A DNA stretch of 59,641 nt, filler included, from Circinaria calcarea (lineage: Eukaryota), in assembly GCA_051942165.1 (NCBI GenBank). It is 12 parts of 12 records of this genome, joined end to end, with 100 filler letters (N's around TTAATTAATTAA, not from the genome) between each part and the next. Parts side by side here need not be neighbours in the genome. Positions count along the whole stretch, not along the records: positions 1 to 4,888 come from JAVECS010002135.1; positions 4,989 to 9,875 come from JAVECS010002136.1; positions 9,976 to 14,860 come from JAVECS010002137.1; 9 more parts are not named here. One strand, written 5' to 3'. Position 1 is the first letter of the stretch. Each line of letters opens with the position of its first letter. The translations under genes were made by a program, and so were the position numbers. The notes beneath the pieces are model-generated. The model ran no database searches. It saw nothing but the letters and a program-made list of their open reading frames with translations, and was not told where the DNA came from. Shown one piece after another: positions 1 through 12,260 of this stretch.

Positions 1-1588
1 TCTGTATGCATCTATGAATATGTACGGATACAAGTCGGTTGAGGTCTTCCACTAGGATCTGAAGCTCTTCGCCCCGTTCGAAGACAATGAGAAGCTTAGC
101 TTTTAAAAAATCCCACGCATCCTCAGGCCTCATGTTGGATAAGCCAAAGCCTTGCAGGTTGCTGGTATAGTCATTAGTGCACGCTCCATGCACGCTGCCC
201 GTGCTGTTGGTGTTAACAGGCCCGAGGAAAGAATGGGCAATCGAAGGTCCAAAGCATGCCGAGGGTGCCCAATCAGCTCTATCAACATCAGGTCTTCTAC
301 TCTCCAAGATAGGCATTATCGACGCTTTTTCTTCTTTCTTCTTTTCCCTCAGGGCGCGTCCCCCATGCCTCAAATCCAAACCACTTACGGATTTGGAGAA
401 TGACGTTACCGATGGACCAGGCGAGACTGGGGCAAAGTTATAGAGCGACTGAGGTGCGTTTGGATCCGCAGGTCTTGAGTTGCTAGACGCGGATGACAAT
501 GTAAGAGCATGGTCGTCGATTTTGTCTTTGAGCTTATGCTTCTGTCGAGATAAGAAGTTATGTTTATGAGCCTTTTCTTTATCTTCCGTCCGTTGCCGGT
601 CCAAAGGAACCAGCGTAGATGTAGATGTATTGGCGGTACTATACAGCGAGGAGGCACTTGAGGAAGGGACATCTACAAGGCTAGTGGTAGATATATTGGA
701 AGCCTTCGACAGCATACTAGGTCCTGGCGATGTCGCCTTGCCTGTGGGCGAGTGTAGCGGCCGATCTTTACGATCGGCATCTTTGTAGCTGGATATGCCT
801 ATATGCTTTGGCTTGGAAAACAGCTTCATCTTCGATCTCTCCGTCCTTAGCTTATGCTCCTTTTCAGCCGGTTGCTCAAATGTCGTACGGCCAGGTGAGA
901 GCTGAGCAGTACTTCGAGGAAATGCTGCTGCCGCCGCAGTTGCGGCCGTTGCATTATACCCTCCAATTGATCCGTTATAGTATTGTCCGTTTCCACTAGG
1001 TTTCCGCGGTGGAGGTTGCATTTGCAGCGGAAGCGGCTTACGAGATCCATCATTGTTATCGGGTGGAGATTGTGGGCTTGGAACCGTCTGCGAACGCTTC
1101 CGAATATGCTGGTTCACGGACTGGTGCTGCATAGCGGCTTGGGCCGCGATCTGGGAGGCTGTCAGTTGTGGCATGTTGGATTGTTCGCCTTGTGAGGCGG
1201 TCGGTAGTGATGGCTCGAAGTAGCCTTGCGAGTTCTGCCTTTTGTGTCGCTGTATTTCCGGGTTTAGCGGCGAGTTTCTTCGTTGAGGTACATCGCTGAC
1301 CACATGAGCTATGGAAGGCCGATGAAGGGTATGGAGCGATGTAGAGCTAGCGTTGGAGCTGGCCGAAGATAGGACTTGAGGACGGGAACTATGAGGCTGT
1401 TGCGGTGGTTGCCTTTGCTGTGAGGGCTGCTGCTTATTAGTAGACAGTGAAGTGAGCTGTGACGAGCCTGATGAATCGCTGTCCGAGGACCCGGCTCGTT
1501 GACGCTGTGCCTGCGATTGGGAGCGCGACGAGGATGCAGAGGTCACTGGAGAGAAAGCACCAGGCCGTCTGTACGTAGAGGAGTCCAT
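1..1588 (-). CDS. HbrB/Bit61-like TORC2-associated protein, 3'-truncated at the contig edge
   Basis: Manual translation: open frame from ATG at 1588 (MDSSTYRRPGAFSP...) to base 1. The ORF track misses it because there is no stop. It has a Ser-rich N-terminus, then HKHNFLSRQK, SKSVSGLDLRHGGRALREKKKEEK and MRPEDAWDFLKAKLLIVFE..EDLNRLVSVHIHRCI, which I recognise as the start of the HbrB domain. Confidence 0.75.
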   Translation of the reverse strand, partial: MDSSTYRRPGAFSPVTSASSSRSQSQAQRQRAGSSDSDSSGSSQLTSLSTNKQQPSQQRQPPQQPHSSRPQVLSSASSNASSTSLHTLHRPSIAHVVSDVPQRRNSPLNPEIQRHKRQNSQGYFEPSLPTASQGEQSNMPQLTASQIAAQAAMQHQSVNQHIRKRSQTVPSPQSPPDNNDGSRKPLPLQMQPPPRKPSGNGQYYNGSIGGYNATAATAAAAAFPRSTAQLSPGRTTFEQPAEKEHKLRTERSKMKLFSKPKHIGISSYKDADRKDRPLHSPTGKATSPGPSMLSKASNISTTSLVDVPSSSASSLYSTANTSTSTLVPLDRQRTEDKEKAHKHNFLSRQKHKLKDKIDDHALTLSSASSNSRPADPNAPQSLYNFAPVSPGPSVTSFSKSVSGLDLRHGGRALREKKKEEKASIMPILESRRPDVDRADWAPSACFGPSIAHSFLGPVNTNSTGSVHGACTNDYTSNLQGFGLSNMRPEDAWDFLKAKLLIVFERGEELQILVEDLNRLVSVHIHRCIQ

Positions 1589-1929
1589 CTTAGCTGAGAT
1601 AGAGACCGATTCAGGTCAAAGGTTGAATGACCGTAAGGGGCTTCTTTGCGCGTGGTTTCTTTCTCACCCTGCTTCATACCAGGACGAGTATCTATTTGGC
1701 TTACTCCGAGTGTAGGTATGATTGCAAAGCATTGTCTGAACGACGGGGTACTGGGCACAGGCTGACTCGGCGGGACGATGATTGAGTTCACGGTCGAAGT
1801 CAATAGGGTTATCATTATTATTCGAAATTCAAATCGAGGCTCTAAAGCTACCATACAGCTCACGCCGCTTTCCCTTTTACCCCACCTACCTCACCTACCT
1901 TCCTCCACCACATCAAAACCTTCTCGACG

Positions 1930-2229
1930 ATGCCCTCTGTGGATCGAAGCGCACGATCACCAGTGGTAAAGGCCGAGTACACATCGCCCGAATCCACTCA
2001 CGTCTTCGAGCAACCGCTACCTCGGCTTCCTCTAGAGCCATCCACAAAGGAAAAAACGGCCTACCTCTCTGCTCTACGGTCTTCGGTAGTAGCCTTGCAA
2101 AACGATGTAAACATGTTCCTTACGGCAAAGATGGAAGAGGACAAGGCGCTTGCCTCTGTAAAGGATCTAAAGGTGGACGAGAAGAAGGAGGAGGAGAACT
2201 ATGGAGAAGAGGTTGTTGAGGGGGACTAG
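1930..2229 (+). CDS. GON7: EKC/KEOPS complex subunit Gon7
   Basis: 99-aa ORF with AEYTSP, KTAYLSALRSSVVALQNDVNMFLTAKMEEDK and an acidic EEENYGEE tail, typical of Pezizomycotina Gon7. Confidence 0.85.
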   Translation: MPSVDRSARSPVVKAEYTSPESTHVFEQPLPRLPLEPSTKEKTAYLSALRSSVVALQNDVNMFLTAKMEEDKALASVKDLKVDEKKEEENYGEEVVEGD

Positions 2230-2498
2230 CCACGGGCATATGGTCGTGATGGACAGTATCGTTAAATCGAGAATGATAGGAATGATATGCTAAGACTGTC
2301 TCTACATTTTGCCGCTGTTCTATAAACTGCTGGATACTTTGGCAAATAGGGGTATCAGGCAAAATTGAAACGCCAGCCATTCTTCCGATTCCTAGACATC
2401 ACCACAATACTACAGATATTGATAATTTCTTTCCCGAGCTTTTATCTTGCCCATGGGTCTAGACCCAAACGCCTCCGACGCAATGGCCATGCAATTCC

Positions 2499-4888
2499 TT
2501 AGCGTACGGAGCAGCCATAATGCACAACAGCATTACTGTCGATTTTATGAGTTACCAGCGCTCGAAGGAGGGACCTGTCTGGACTTACTTCGGAAGTACT
2601 TTGATCACGCTACCACCAAACCTCTTATGACAAACACCACATACTCTCTCCTCGGTAACAACTACCTTCCGATTACGCCCACCGCGTCCACCGGGGCATC
2701 CATCGCCAATTCGGAGTTTAGCTTCTTCGCTGATATTCACGGTTTTTCGCAGACCGGCAACTATACGGCTTTCATTCACAGATGTGTTTGCAGCCCTCAT
2801 TCGTGCACGGAAATAGGACTCTAGCTCTTTGATGGGTAGGACTTCCGGTATGAGATCCATTGTGGACGACGCTGGGAGGCGGGAGCCGTGCTTTGCCAGA
2901 ATTTCTAATGCAGGGCCCCATTGTGGTTGGTGTGGAGGGGGTGGCGAGAGATACAAGCCAAGTAAGGAATGATATATCGACGGCCCGCCACTCTCTGCGG
3001 CCGTAGTCGAGAGTCGACGCGATTTAGTGGGCGAAGAAGCGGACAATGATTGTGCCAGATAAATTTGGTTGCAGTAGCTATACATATGTCAGCTTACATA
3101 CAACACCAACGGAACGATTTCCGGGGAGTAACTCTTCGGCCTTCTGGGGATCTTTAAGCTTGAAGACGTAAATGTCAAGCGCTTGGCGGTGTTCGCCCAT
3201 ATTGCCCAGGACGATGGCGCGGGCCTCGTATAAATCAGGATCTTTGATATGTATCAGTGAGAATGTACGATCCAAGTCGTTTCAACATACCGTCTCTGTT
3301 CAATTGTCTTATAACTTTCCACGATTCGTAATGTTTACTACTCTTCAGAAAATCTAGGAAATCCTTTTTCCAGGCAGACTTTTCCGCTTCATCTGCAAAG
3401 GTTTCTGACTTCAAGCCAGCCAGGTATACGTCTATTAGTCTTTGGTGGAACTCCGGCGTTGAGTCATTAAGCTCGTGAATTATATGCTGAAGATACTTGA
3501 TTTCTAATTTGCGGTCAATGCTGTGCGAAAAGTCCAGCACTTTTGATCGTGGAAGTGTCTCCGCGTTTTCCGTGTCTGCCAGGAAGATCTCCATGCCCAA
3601 ATCCGGATCAGTTCTGATTGGCCATTCGGCGTATTGAAGTATCACGTCAATCATTTCTGGCGGTAGGTTTTGCAGATATCCAACCGTTCGCTGTGGTCCC
3701 TTGAGTTGGGGAACTGCGCTGTTCTCCTCTGCTTCCTGCCCAAACCTCTTGAGTAGATCGAGGGCTTCGCGATGTAGGCCCTTTCCAAAAAAGAAATCGA
3801 TAAGATCATTATAGCGACCTGTCTCCAGAAGCTTCTCACTGACAACTTCGGCATCACAAAAGTTGGGAAGTCGGAACAAAGGACCTGCCATCGACGGCCT
3901 CGCAAGCATGTAAGCGCGAAATAGCGTAGTATCTACAAGCTTAGCCGTTTCAAGCAATTGTTGCTGGCGAGTCTTCTCAGCGTTTGTTCGCTTCGGAACA
4001 AGCAAGTTGTCCACACTCGTCTTGTGATCACAGTCATTAGGGTCATTACTGTTTGGAAGAGACTCCTTGAGGCTTCCATCCGGATTGAGATAACGCTGAA
4101 GTTTAGTTCTAGCATCCACAAGGAAGCCTGCTAGCTCCGACGTTGCGATTTCAAGGTCCTTACCTTCTTAAAAGCCCATTAGCATAATATCCGACAGTCA
4201 CGAACTTAGTTGCTTACTCACCTAATTCATGCACCGATGGTGGATTATGTGGATGCTTGACGTATATACTCCCACTGTCGCTACCCGCGGCAGTTGCCTG
4301 CTTTTTGACAGTTTGAACCGATGCTCGGTCTGCTACATCGGTCGTCTCACCAGCCTCGCTAGCTTTTGTACCTGCCTCCTCGGTGGTAGTGGACCTTTGT
4401 TTTGGCTGTTCCCCGTTCAAAGCCGGATCTCCATGGTCTTGACTTTCCTGGCCGTTGCATGGATCCGCTAGATCACCGGTAATCACACTTGGATATAAGC
4501 GAATAACTCTTTCTGGAGGTGCAGCAACCTCGATAAAGAGATCAATTGCATCTCTGTATCTGCCTTGATCAAACAATATCTGCGCCCTTTGCATTTTCAC
4601 CTCCCGCAAGCGCCCCTCCTTATCTCTAAGAAGGGCGTCCTCGAGCATACCCATGAGGCTAATAGCTTCGTCTAGTTTACCGCGATCAACTAGAGCGTCG
4701 ATCTGAGCATCATAACCTAGAGCATCCATCCTCCAGATACAACGTTCACTCGATATCAAGAAGCCTTTACCGGCATGGGCAAGGCTGACGTTCGGTTGTG
4801 CAACGTGCAGTTGGTTTGCGTTGGGTAGGGATATGGATTGAAGACAACTCAGAGTTTCCGGATTCCGAACCTCTAGTGTTCCTTTTGT
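2499..4888 (-). CDS. VPS39: HOPS subunit Vps39/Vam6, 5'-truncated, multi-exon
   Basis: Exons contain VDTTLFRAYM..P..GPLFRLPNFC, LIDFFFGKGLHREAL, GEHRQALDIYVFKL and a C-terminal CGVCHKRFGGSVIKVLP|NNAVVHYGC zinc knuckle. GT-AG introns include 2536-2588. Stop at 2499-2501. Confidence 0.93.
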
Positions 4889-4988
4889 NNNNNNNNNNNN
4901 NNNNNNNNNNNNNNNNNNNNNNNNNNNNNNNNTTAATTAATTAANNNNNNNNNNNNNNNNNNNNNNNNNNNNNNNNNNNNNNNNNNNN
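4889..4988. other. Artificial contig spacer (N44-TTAATTAATTAA-N44). Also at 9876, 14861, 19845, 24827, 29808, 34782, 39756, 44728, 49700 and 54672
   Basis: An identical 100-nt linker with stops in all six frames occurs 11 times. Contig lengths decrease monotonically from 4888 to 4870. Confidence 0.99.
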
Positions 4989-5120
4989 ATGGCGAAGTTG
5001 GAAAGTGAACGTGCACAACCCGCAGCTAGAGCTCTGGGAAATCTTGTCAAGTCGGAATTGGTTTTTGATCCTGCGATCGAGGAATCGGGATACCTGAACT
5101 TCAAGGGGACGTTAAAGTAA
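4989..5120 (+). CDS. Probable 3' end of an unidentified gene
   Basis: Open frame from the contig start (MAKLESERAQP...YLNFKGTLK*), convergent on eIF2B-beta. No family recognised. Confidence 0.3.
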   Translation: MAKLESERAQPAARALGNLVKSELVFDPAIEESGYLNFKGTLK

Positions 5121-5248
5121 TTGCAGAAACGATAGGGTCATAATAAACTATAATTACGGTTCATGGCAAATGTTCACTCTGCATGCATCATTGATTGACA
5201 TGGATTCGATCATCAAGACACAGGCGATGATTCAAGAGGATCAAGTTT

Positions 5249-6834
5249 TCATTCCACTTTAGCAAGATTGGTATCTTCCGTTCTGTAGTGATCTGAAACT
5301 ATCCGATACAAATATGAGGGAGCATGACCGCCCCTAAATCTCGAGTTAGCAATCACGACGACAATTCTACGCGAGTGGCTCGGGAATACTAACAAATTCG
5401 TAATGTAGAGATCTACGAGCTCTGCCGGTACATAGTCAAACAACGGATTTTCGACATCGACCTTATCCACCAGGTCTCCATCCTCATACCCAAACACTTT
5501 ACTCGCGTCCCCGTACTCTATCAAGGAGTCGAAATCGAAGGGATAGATCGGACTGAGCTTGTACACTCCTGTAACGACCACCACGGGCGTTCGATGCATC
5601 CTTGCAGCTTTTGCGATTGTCTTGGCTCCAGCTGCGGCGACAAGGCCCCCGTTCGCAAGCACAACATGTGTTCCAAGAATAACCTTATTCACACGGGACA
5701 TCAAGGCGAAGACTGCTGCATCTGGTATCAGGATGACGGTGATGCCAGCTGCAGTCAGGGGCTTCTGGAAAACTTCAGAGCTCATATCGTCTTCTGAATC
5801 CCCTTTTTGCGGACCGATGATAGTAGAGTGGGTGGCATGATGATTGTTAGGAAACGCTTCAGCGTGGATTACCGTGAACTTCCGCTTTGCGGCGGCTTTG
5901 AGGAGAAACTTTTGAACCGTGACGGAGGATGTATAGGTTAGAATGATCTCGTTAGAATGGATGTGATCAAGTGCATAGCCGGCAATTTGGTCGTCCACTT
6001 GATCCAACTCGTCAATAATTTCCTCAATGCCTTCAATTACTTCTGCTCGGAGGTCTTTAGCGGCGTTTAGATGGGCGAGGTTTAGAGCACTAAGGGAGGT
6101 TCTGCTGGCTGGAGACTGCGTACCCGGGGTGGTCGTAGGTGAATGTGTGGTCGATTTGGGATGTGAAAGAAGACTAAACATGGATGTCACCATGGGCGCC
6201 GTGTTATTGACAGCATAAGAGGTATGAGATGTAAGTAGTGGCGGTCTCCGAAAGTCCTCGTCTCCAGCAAGCGCAAAGACATCATCTGAGCTTCTGCTCA
6301 CCGTCGTCACATCCGTAGGTTCCAAGCCACCTTGTCGTAAGGGGCTAAAGGTTGAGATTGTGGATGACAAGCCCGGTCTTTGAGGGGGTTTGTCTCGGGG
6401 CGTATGAGGGCGACTTTCGGTACCCGTATCACTGAAGCCACTTGTCTCTCCGTCTCTATCCTCCTCTGCCTCATCCCGTATGACGCCTAGTATTCGACGA
6501 ACAATGTTCCCCACAGCGATTTCTCTTGGTTGGGCTGCTGTCAGCCTCTGCCCGACCCCCTGTACTCGCTCAATGAGTCGTGCAATATCTGTGACCCGGA
6601 ATGCCGCCACCACCCGGCGCATGAGATGTGCTGTCGCGATTGCACTTGATCTGGAGCCATGAATCTGACGGCGTTTGAGGAGACTGTTTTAATTGGTAAG
6701 GACTCCGGTTCATAGATTGTAAGGCTTCTTACATACGAGATGAGGTGCTCTACAGATGACTCGACCGGAGAGCTTCTGACATGCTTGAGGAAAGTGGTAA
6801 GACTAGGAGTCATTGTCGAAGTAGACTTCGACAT
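5249..6834 (-). CDS. GCD7: Translation initiation factor eIF2B beta subunit
   Basis: AQPREIAVGNIVRRILGVIR, DHIHSNEIILT, VFALMSRVNKVILGTHVVLANGGL, NPLFDYVPAELVDLYITN|GGHAPSYLYR. Introns at 6684-6736 and about 5334-5395. Confidence 0.95.
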
Positions 6835-7447
6835 GATGAAAACAGCTGGTTTCTAGCCAGACTGTGCGCAGAAAATAAAACGTTGTGTCTTCGTAACGCC
6901 AGTCTTGCAGATATTTGCTAAAGTTGAGAGCTCGATGACTGTTACCGGTCTCAATCTAAATAGATGGGACACCCCCTTTACAGACGTATTCCACTCTGGC
7001 AAGCATTAATACAATTAATATTGAATGTTAAACACTCCGTTTCTGCATCATCGATTTGATTTGGCATGTGCTGCTGTGTCATCTCTTTTTCAGAGTTTCG
7101 TTTGACTGGCGGCGCATCCCGATCCAACATCAACATCGTCATCTCGAACCTCCCCCTCCAACAGTCAGTTCGCATCTTTCAATCGGGGCGTCAGGAGTTT
7201 GATGCATTGTTACTTACCTCATTGCGACTGGAGTTGAGTTAGACCGTTCATCCGATTGTTTTCATAGCGCCTCTCTACGCTAGGTTACGAAATCATACAG
7301 CTCTCTTGCATCAAACGGCGCAATAGCTACCTAAGGTCCGCAACGCGCATCCATTATGCATAAAGGTCTCCTGCTTTTCCCAATGACTAACTTGGTCCTA
7401 CAGAGTAACCCGAACCTCAACTTGATATCTATGGCGTCTTTAAGACG

Positions 7448-9063
7448 ATGAACTCTCTCAATATCCTCTCTGCCCGCGTCATCGGCCAAACCCTCCCTCA
7501 AACACCTGCTAAGCCTACTAGATCGAGGTCTGTCAGTGAGATTAGTCCTAGCAAAGGAGTCACGGTATCTCAGCCTAGACGGAGCGCAAGCCAGCATGAG
7601 AATACAGGCCCTTTAGCAGCAGCCGAGAAGTTTGGGCAGACTGATAACAATAAGCGGGAAGATGACAACACCAGTGAAGCAGTGGATGAGAAGACGCCAT
7701 TGCTCGATGATCCAAAGACAGAACTGAGCCCAAAGCTGAAGAAAAGTCGGCTGCGCCTGGTAGCCAAGCGGCTTGTGGACGCCCTTACAGAATCTCTCCA
7801 ATGGGTTTTGTCGACATTAGTATCGCCGGGTGTATACGTGGTAACATGTTTCTACGACGAGGAAGGGCATATTTCTCCTTTGATGCCTATTCGTAAGATG
7901 CAGCATCGGTTACCGAAGCGGAATGGAAGCAGCTCAACGGCCCATGCTGTTGGTCTTTCGGGGTCCTCGGATCATTCGGAACGTTTATCAGGGCCAGATG
8001 CTAAGAAACAGACAAAACGCCAAAGAGCATCGGAGAGGCGCGCCGATAAGATCAGCGACTCTGCCTCTTCAGCAACGTCCGAATCAGATATTGATAGTCA
8101 AAAGAAAGAGAACAGTAGGAACCGATCCAAATTACAGCCATCAACTTCAGTGAACGAGGTTACTCCCGCTCGGAGATCAATACGTATCAAACTTAAGCAA
8201 GAAGATTCCAGCCGTTCAAAGAGGCAAAGAAGAGGGCAGGAAAACTCCACCAACACCACAGATACCGAGCAACCTCTTGTCACAGCCGCGAATCTCAAAT
8301 CACCAACATCTCCGGCAGCCTCTTTACGGATGACCAAATACCCCCACGCGCCTACTCCTCCACGTCCCCTCATCCCCCGACGCCAACCCTCGTACTCCGG
8401 CCGTACGTCACCTCGCTCCTCGGCTCTCGCCCAGAAAACCCTCGTCATCGACCTCGACGAAACCCTAATCCACAGCCTCGCCAAAGGCGGCCGTATGTCC
8501 AGCGGTCAAATGGTCGAGGTTAAACTGAATACCGCCGTCGGCTTCAACGGTACCACCCTCGGACCCCAACATCCAATTTTATACTACGTGCACAAGCGAC
8601 CCCACTGCGACGATTTCCTCCGATCCGTCAGCAAATGGTACAATCTGGTCGTGTTTACAGCTTCGGTACAGGAGTATGCGGATCCGGTCATCGACTGGTT
8701 GGAACAGGAGCGGAAATACTTTTCCGCGCGCTACTACAGACAGCATTGCACATTGCGGAATGGAGCATACATCAAGGACCTCAGCTCGGTGGAGCCGGAT
8801 TTGAGTAAAGTGATGATTCTCGATAACAGTCCCTTGAGCTACATTTTCCACGAAGGTACGTACCTCCCCGTCCCCTTGTCCTCAACAATCCAAACTAACA
8901 CACAATCCCAGACAACGCCATCCCCATTGAAGGCTGGATCAACGATCCCACCGATAACGACCTCTTACACCTCATTCCTTTACTGGAAGGCCTGCAGTAC
9001 GTGACGGATGTGAGGGCGCTGTTGGCATTGAGGAGGGGCGAGGCGGCAGATCCGGCACATTAA
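7448..9063 (+). CDS. NEM1: Nem1/Dullard NIF-domain (HAD) phosphatase
   Basis: MNSLNILSARVIG start, KTLVIDLDETLIHS catalytic motif, LVVFTASVQEYADPVIDWLE. Intron 8856-8911 joins to DNAIPIEGWINDPTDNDLLHLIPLLEGLQYVTDVRALLALR. Stop at 9061-9063. Confidence 0.93.
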
Positions 9064-9975
9064 GCTTGACGCTTCTTCGTTTTTGTGCGTGTGTGCGCGT
9101 GTTTTATGTCTCTGTGTGTATGTGGGATGTGGGATTGGGGAGGTTTCGTGTATACATGGACCTTTTTTTATATGACAGGAGCTAGCGAGTTTCTTCTGGC
9201 TTCTGGCTTCTAGCGTAGAGCGGAAGGGAAGGAAACAGAACCCGACGGGCAAGGAAAGCGCTTAGACGGGGAGGATTCCTTTCTTGTAGTTTAACCAAGA
9301 TTCTACCTTGACGACTCGATCTCGTCCCCTTTTCTCCCCCTATCCCCCCGGCGAACATGTGACTAGGCAGGCGAGGCGAGGCGAGGGAGATTTTTGGCTT
9401 TGGCTTTGGCTTTAGCTCTTCTTGGCAGGGGTATGGGGCTTTCTAACGTATATGTATGTGTATGCCACTTGTACGCTTTCTATTTCCAAGGGGGGTTGAA
9501 ATTTGCTAAATGCTAGTTTGAACTTAGGAGTTTTGGTTTTGTTTTTTTTGGTTTCCGTGGCAAGGGCTGAGGTGTAAAGAATGAGGTATAAAGGATAAGG
9601 GCGAAGTGGGAGCTGTACCTTGTAAAATTCGGCGGTATTCCGTACGATAGATGGAGAATGCGGTGACAGGAGGGTTTTTTTCTCCTGGACGGGGTAGGAG
9701 GGAGGAAGCTTTTTATATAGCCTGCAAGGATATCTAAATCCCCCCCCCCTTCTTTCTATATATATTCAAAAACCAAATTAATACTCAGTATATAAGAAAT
9801 CTCGGGGGCGAAAGGCGAAAGGCAAAATAGATTTGGATTGGATTTAACGTAATCCATATATATCTCTTGAAGCCCNNNNNNNNNNNNNNNNNNNNNNNNN
9901 NNNNNNNNNNNNNNNNNNNTTAATTAATTAANNNNNNNNNNNNNNNNNNNNNNNNNNNNNNNNNNNNNNNNNNNN

Positions 9976-10871
9976 TAGAAAGCGCTTTCGTCCCTGCTCC
10001 CACCGCCGGCCAACAGCCACTCGTCACCTTGCGCATGTAACCCGGCAGAAAGGGGGCGTAAGGAGGGCGAGCGGGTACGGCTTGAAGTCCTTGATCGACG
10101 TGAAGAGTGACGCGAAAGCTCGACGGAGCTACGTGGAACGGGCGAACGTGGGCGGGGATTGGTGACGGACATGGGAAGGGTGGGAGGAACGTTAGGGAAG
10201 GAAAAAGAACGCTCCGACGTTGGAGTGGAATCGTCGACTGCGGCGGTGCTGGTGGAAGGGGTATAGCTGGCGCTCTGTTGAATTGCTTGAAGTTGGGCTT
10301 GCTGCAGACGGATCATCTGGAGAAGACGATTCTGTAGGGGTGGATATCCCGTTAGAAGATAACTTGAAAATGAACTGCCAAGAGGCCTTACCACTTGAGC
10401 TTCTTGCTCCTGCTCTAGCTCTTGATGCAACTCCCCCAAGCTAGGGGCCCGCTGATGATGGGGGTCTCCGGTGGCTATGGTGGAGGAACCTCCAAGAGTC
10501 TGAGGGCTGGTTGTGCGAAAGGCATGACCGATGGATGAGCGCGGGTCACTCGACTGAAGTTCCCCTGGACTAGGTAGAGTCGGGTCATTGAGGTTGAGGT
10601 TCGTTACTACATTGGACCTTCGACGTTCGGCCCTGCTGATTTGCGGCGAGCCCCGGTTTCGGTTCGAGCTGATGGATGAGCGTCGTGACTCTTGATTGTG
10701 GATGCCGGCATTGATGGTCGCTGCAGCTGCGAGAGACACCGACGAAGAGCGGGGCGACGGAGAGGGCGTGGACCGCCTGAGGGCTTCGGGACTGTTGGCC
10801 ATGACGCGTGATTGGAGGGGTGAGCTGGTGAGGGAGCGTGAGGGGGGAAGCGAATTCAGATCCGGAGCCAT
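9976..10871 (-). CDS. Conserved fungal Ser/Arg-rich coiled-coil hypothetical protein, 3'-truncated
   Basis: MAPDLNSLP...HHQRAPSLGELHQELEQEQEAQV|NRLLQMIRLQQ...RDESAF. An in-frame intron at about 10335-10394 is read through in the ORF track. Confidence 0.7.
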
Positions 10872-12260
10872 TTTCGATCAGATGGAATCTCGCCGGGTGC
10901 CTTCTGGACGATACGGAGTAGTGGTCGATCTGTATCTTGCAGGTCGGTGATGCAGGCAGAGAAGGGTTTGCTACGATGTGAAAGTCAAAGCTACTACGGT
11001 GGAAGAAGTCGGGATGACGCTACCAGTGGGGTGATTGACAGGAGCTTGGACCATGAGACGCACTGGTCTGTGTGTCCGGCAGCAGGCACCCCATGGAAAC
11101 GCGCATTGTGCTTTACAGCGTACGCTGTATGGGCGGTGAGTATCTCACCAAAATTGGGGGTTCAGATCCCATTAGCGCTTGCCTCTTGGGTGGTGGCCTT
11201 GGTGTAGTACCCCGTCCTGTTTTCTCCCCATTCTCGATTTGAGTGCCGCTGTCAAAAGCTCCACATGGATTCTCTACACCCTTATTCGCTACCGCAGCAT
11301 CTCCAGGTGTAACTCGGTAGCCCCGGATGATTCAAAATTACTGGTGATGGCTGCCTTTGACTCGAGGCTTTGGTCCGGAATAGGCATGGCCTCGCTGTCG
11401 ATCAGCCTATCGGACTCAGGCTGAATCAACTCCCACCCCCCTTTGATTACCCGTCCAATTTTAAGACTCGGAGCTTGTCTGTTGCTATTACCGCGGTACA
11501 GATTGCTCTACCTCTAGCTTTGCATGGCGCGGGGGGGTGGCCACACTAAAGCAATTTCCCCACTGGACTCGGTATGCTCATCAAAACATCCCCAGTATAC
11601 AAAATGGGAGCAGGAGATGCAGCTGTAATGATCATGATGATGGTGCTATCTATCCGCCCAGCTGCCATAGGATACCGCAATCTAATCACTCCCAAAGTCC
11701 GCCTTCACCTTTCCTTTTCCTTTTACTTTTCCCGTTTCCTTTTCTTTCCCTTTTCTTTTCCCCGGTCCTCAATCGTCAGTTCCGGCGTCCAATCTTAAAG
11801 CATCGCCGCAACTGGGCAAGGCCGTGTTGGAATCCCTGGGTCCCCTCATCTTATGTTTCATTTACCACCACATCCCGCGTCCGGCCTACAACAGCAGATA
11901 AGGCTGGTTTCAGCGACGGAACTTGGTATATCTTCAGCTGCCCCTTCTCCACGTATGCCACTTCGCCTCCCAATCTTTACCTAGCCTGTGCATTTCATCC
12001 CACTCCCTTGACCAAGGCCCCGCTAACACAAGTTATCACAAGCCAGGTGGTCAGAAAGCCTTGCGACCACAAAGGGAAGTTGGAGATGTCCCGGAACACC
12101 GTCGAGTTACCGTCTTGAGCTTTGTGTGAGCTTATTCTGGGAGCATTGGAACTTGCCAAACATATCCAAGTCCGGGCTTTCTGTTATTTGGGACATACCT
12201 TCAACAAAACGCTCCGTCAATGCGCCAACACAGCTCTAGTAGCGGCTATAATCGATCGCT

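Noticed and set aside
6060..6470. Long Ser/Thr/Pro-rich insertion in eIF2B-beta (intein or intron?)
   Set aside because: It is in frame and low-complexity with no intein terminal motifs. As far as I recall, similar insertions are usual in filamentous-ascomycete orthologues.
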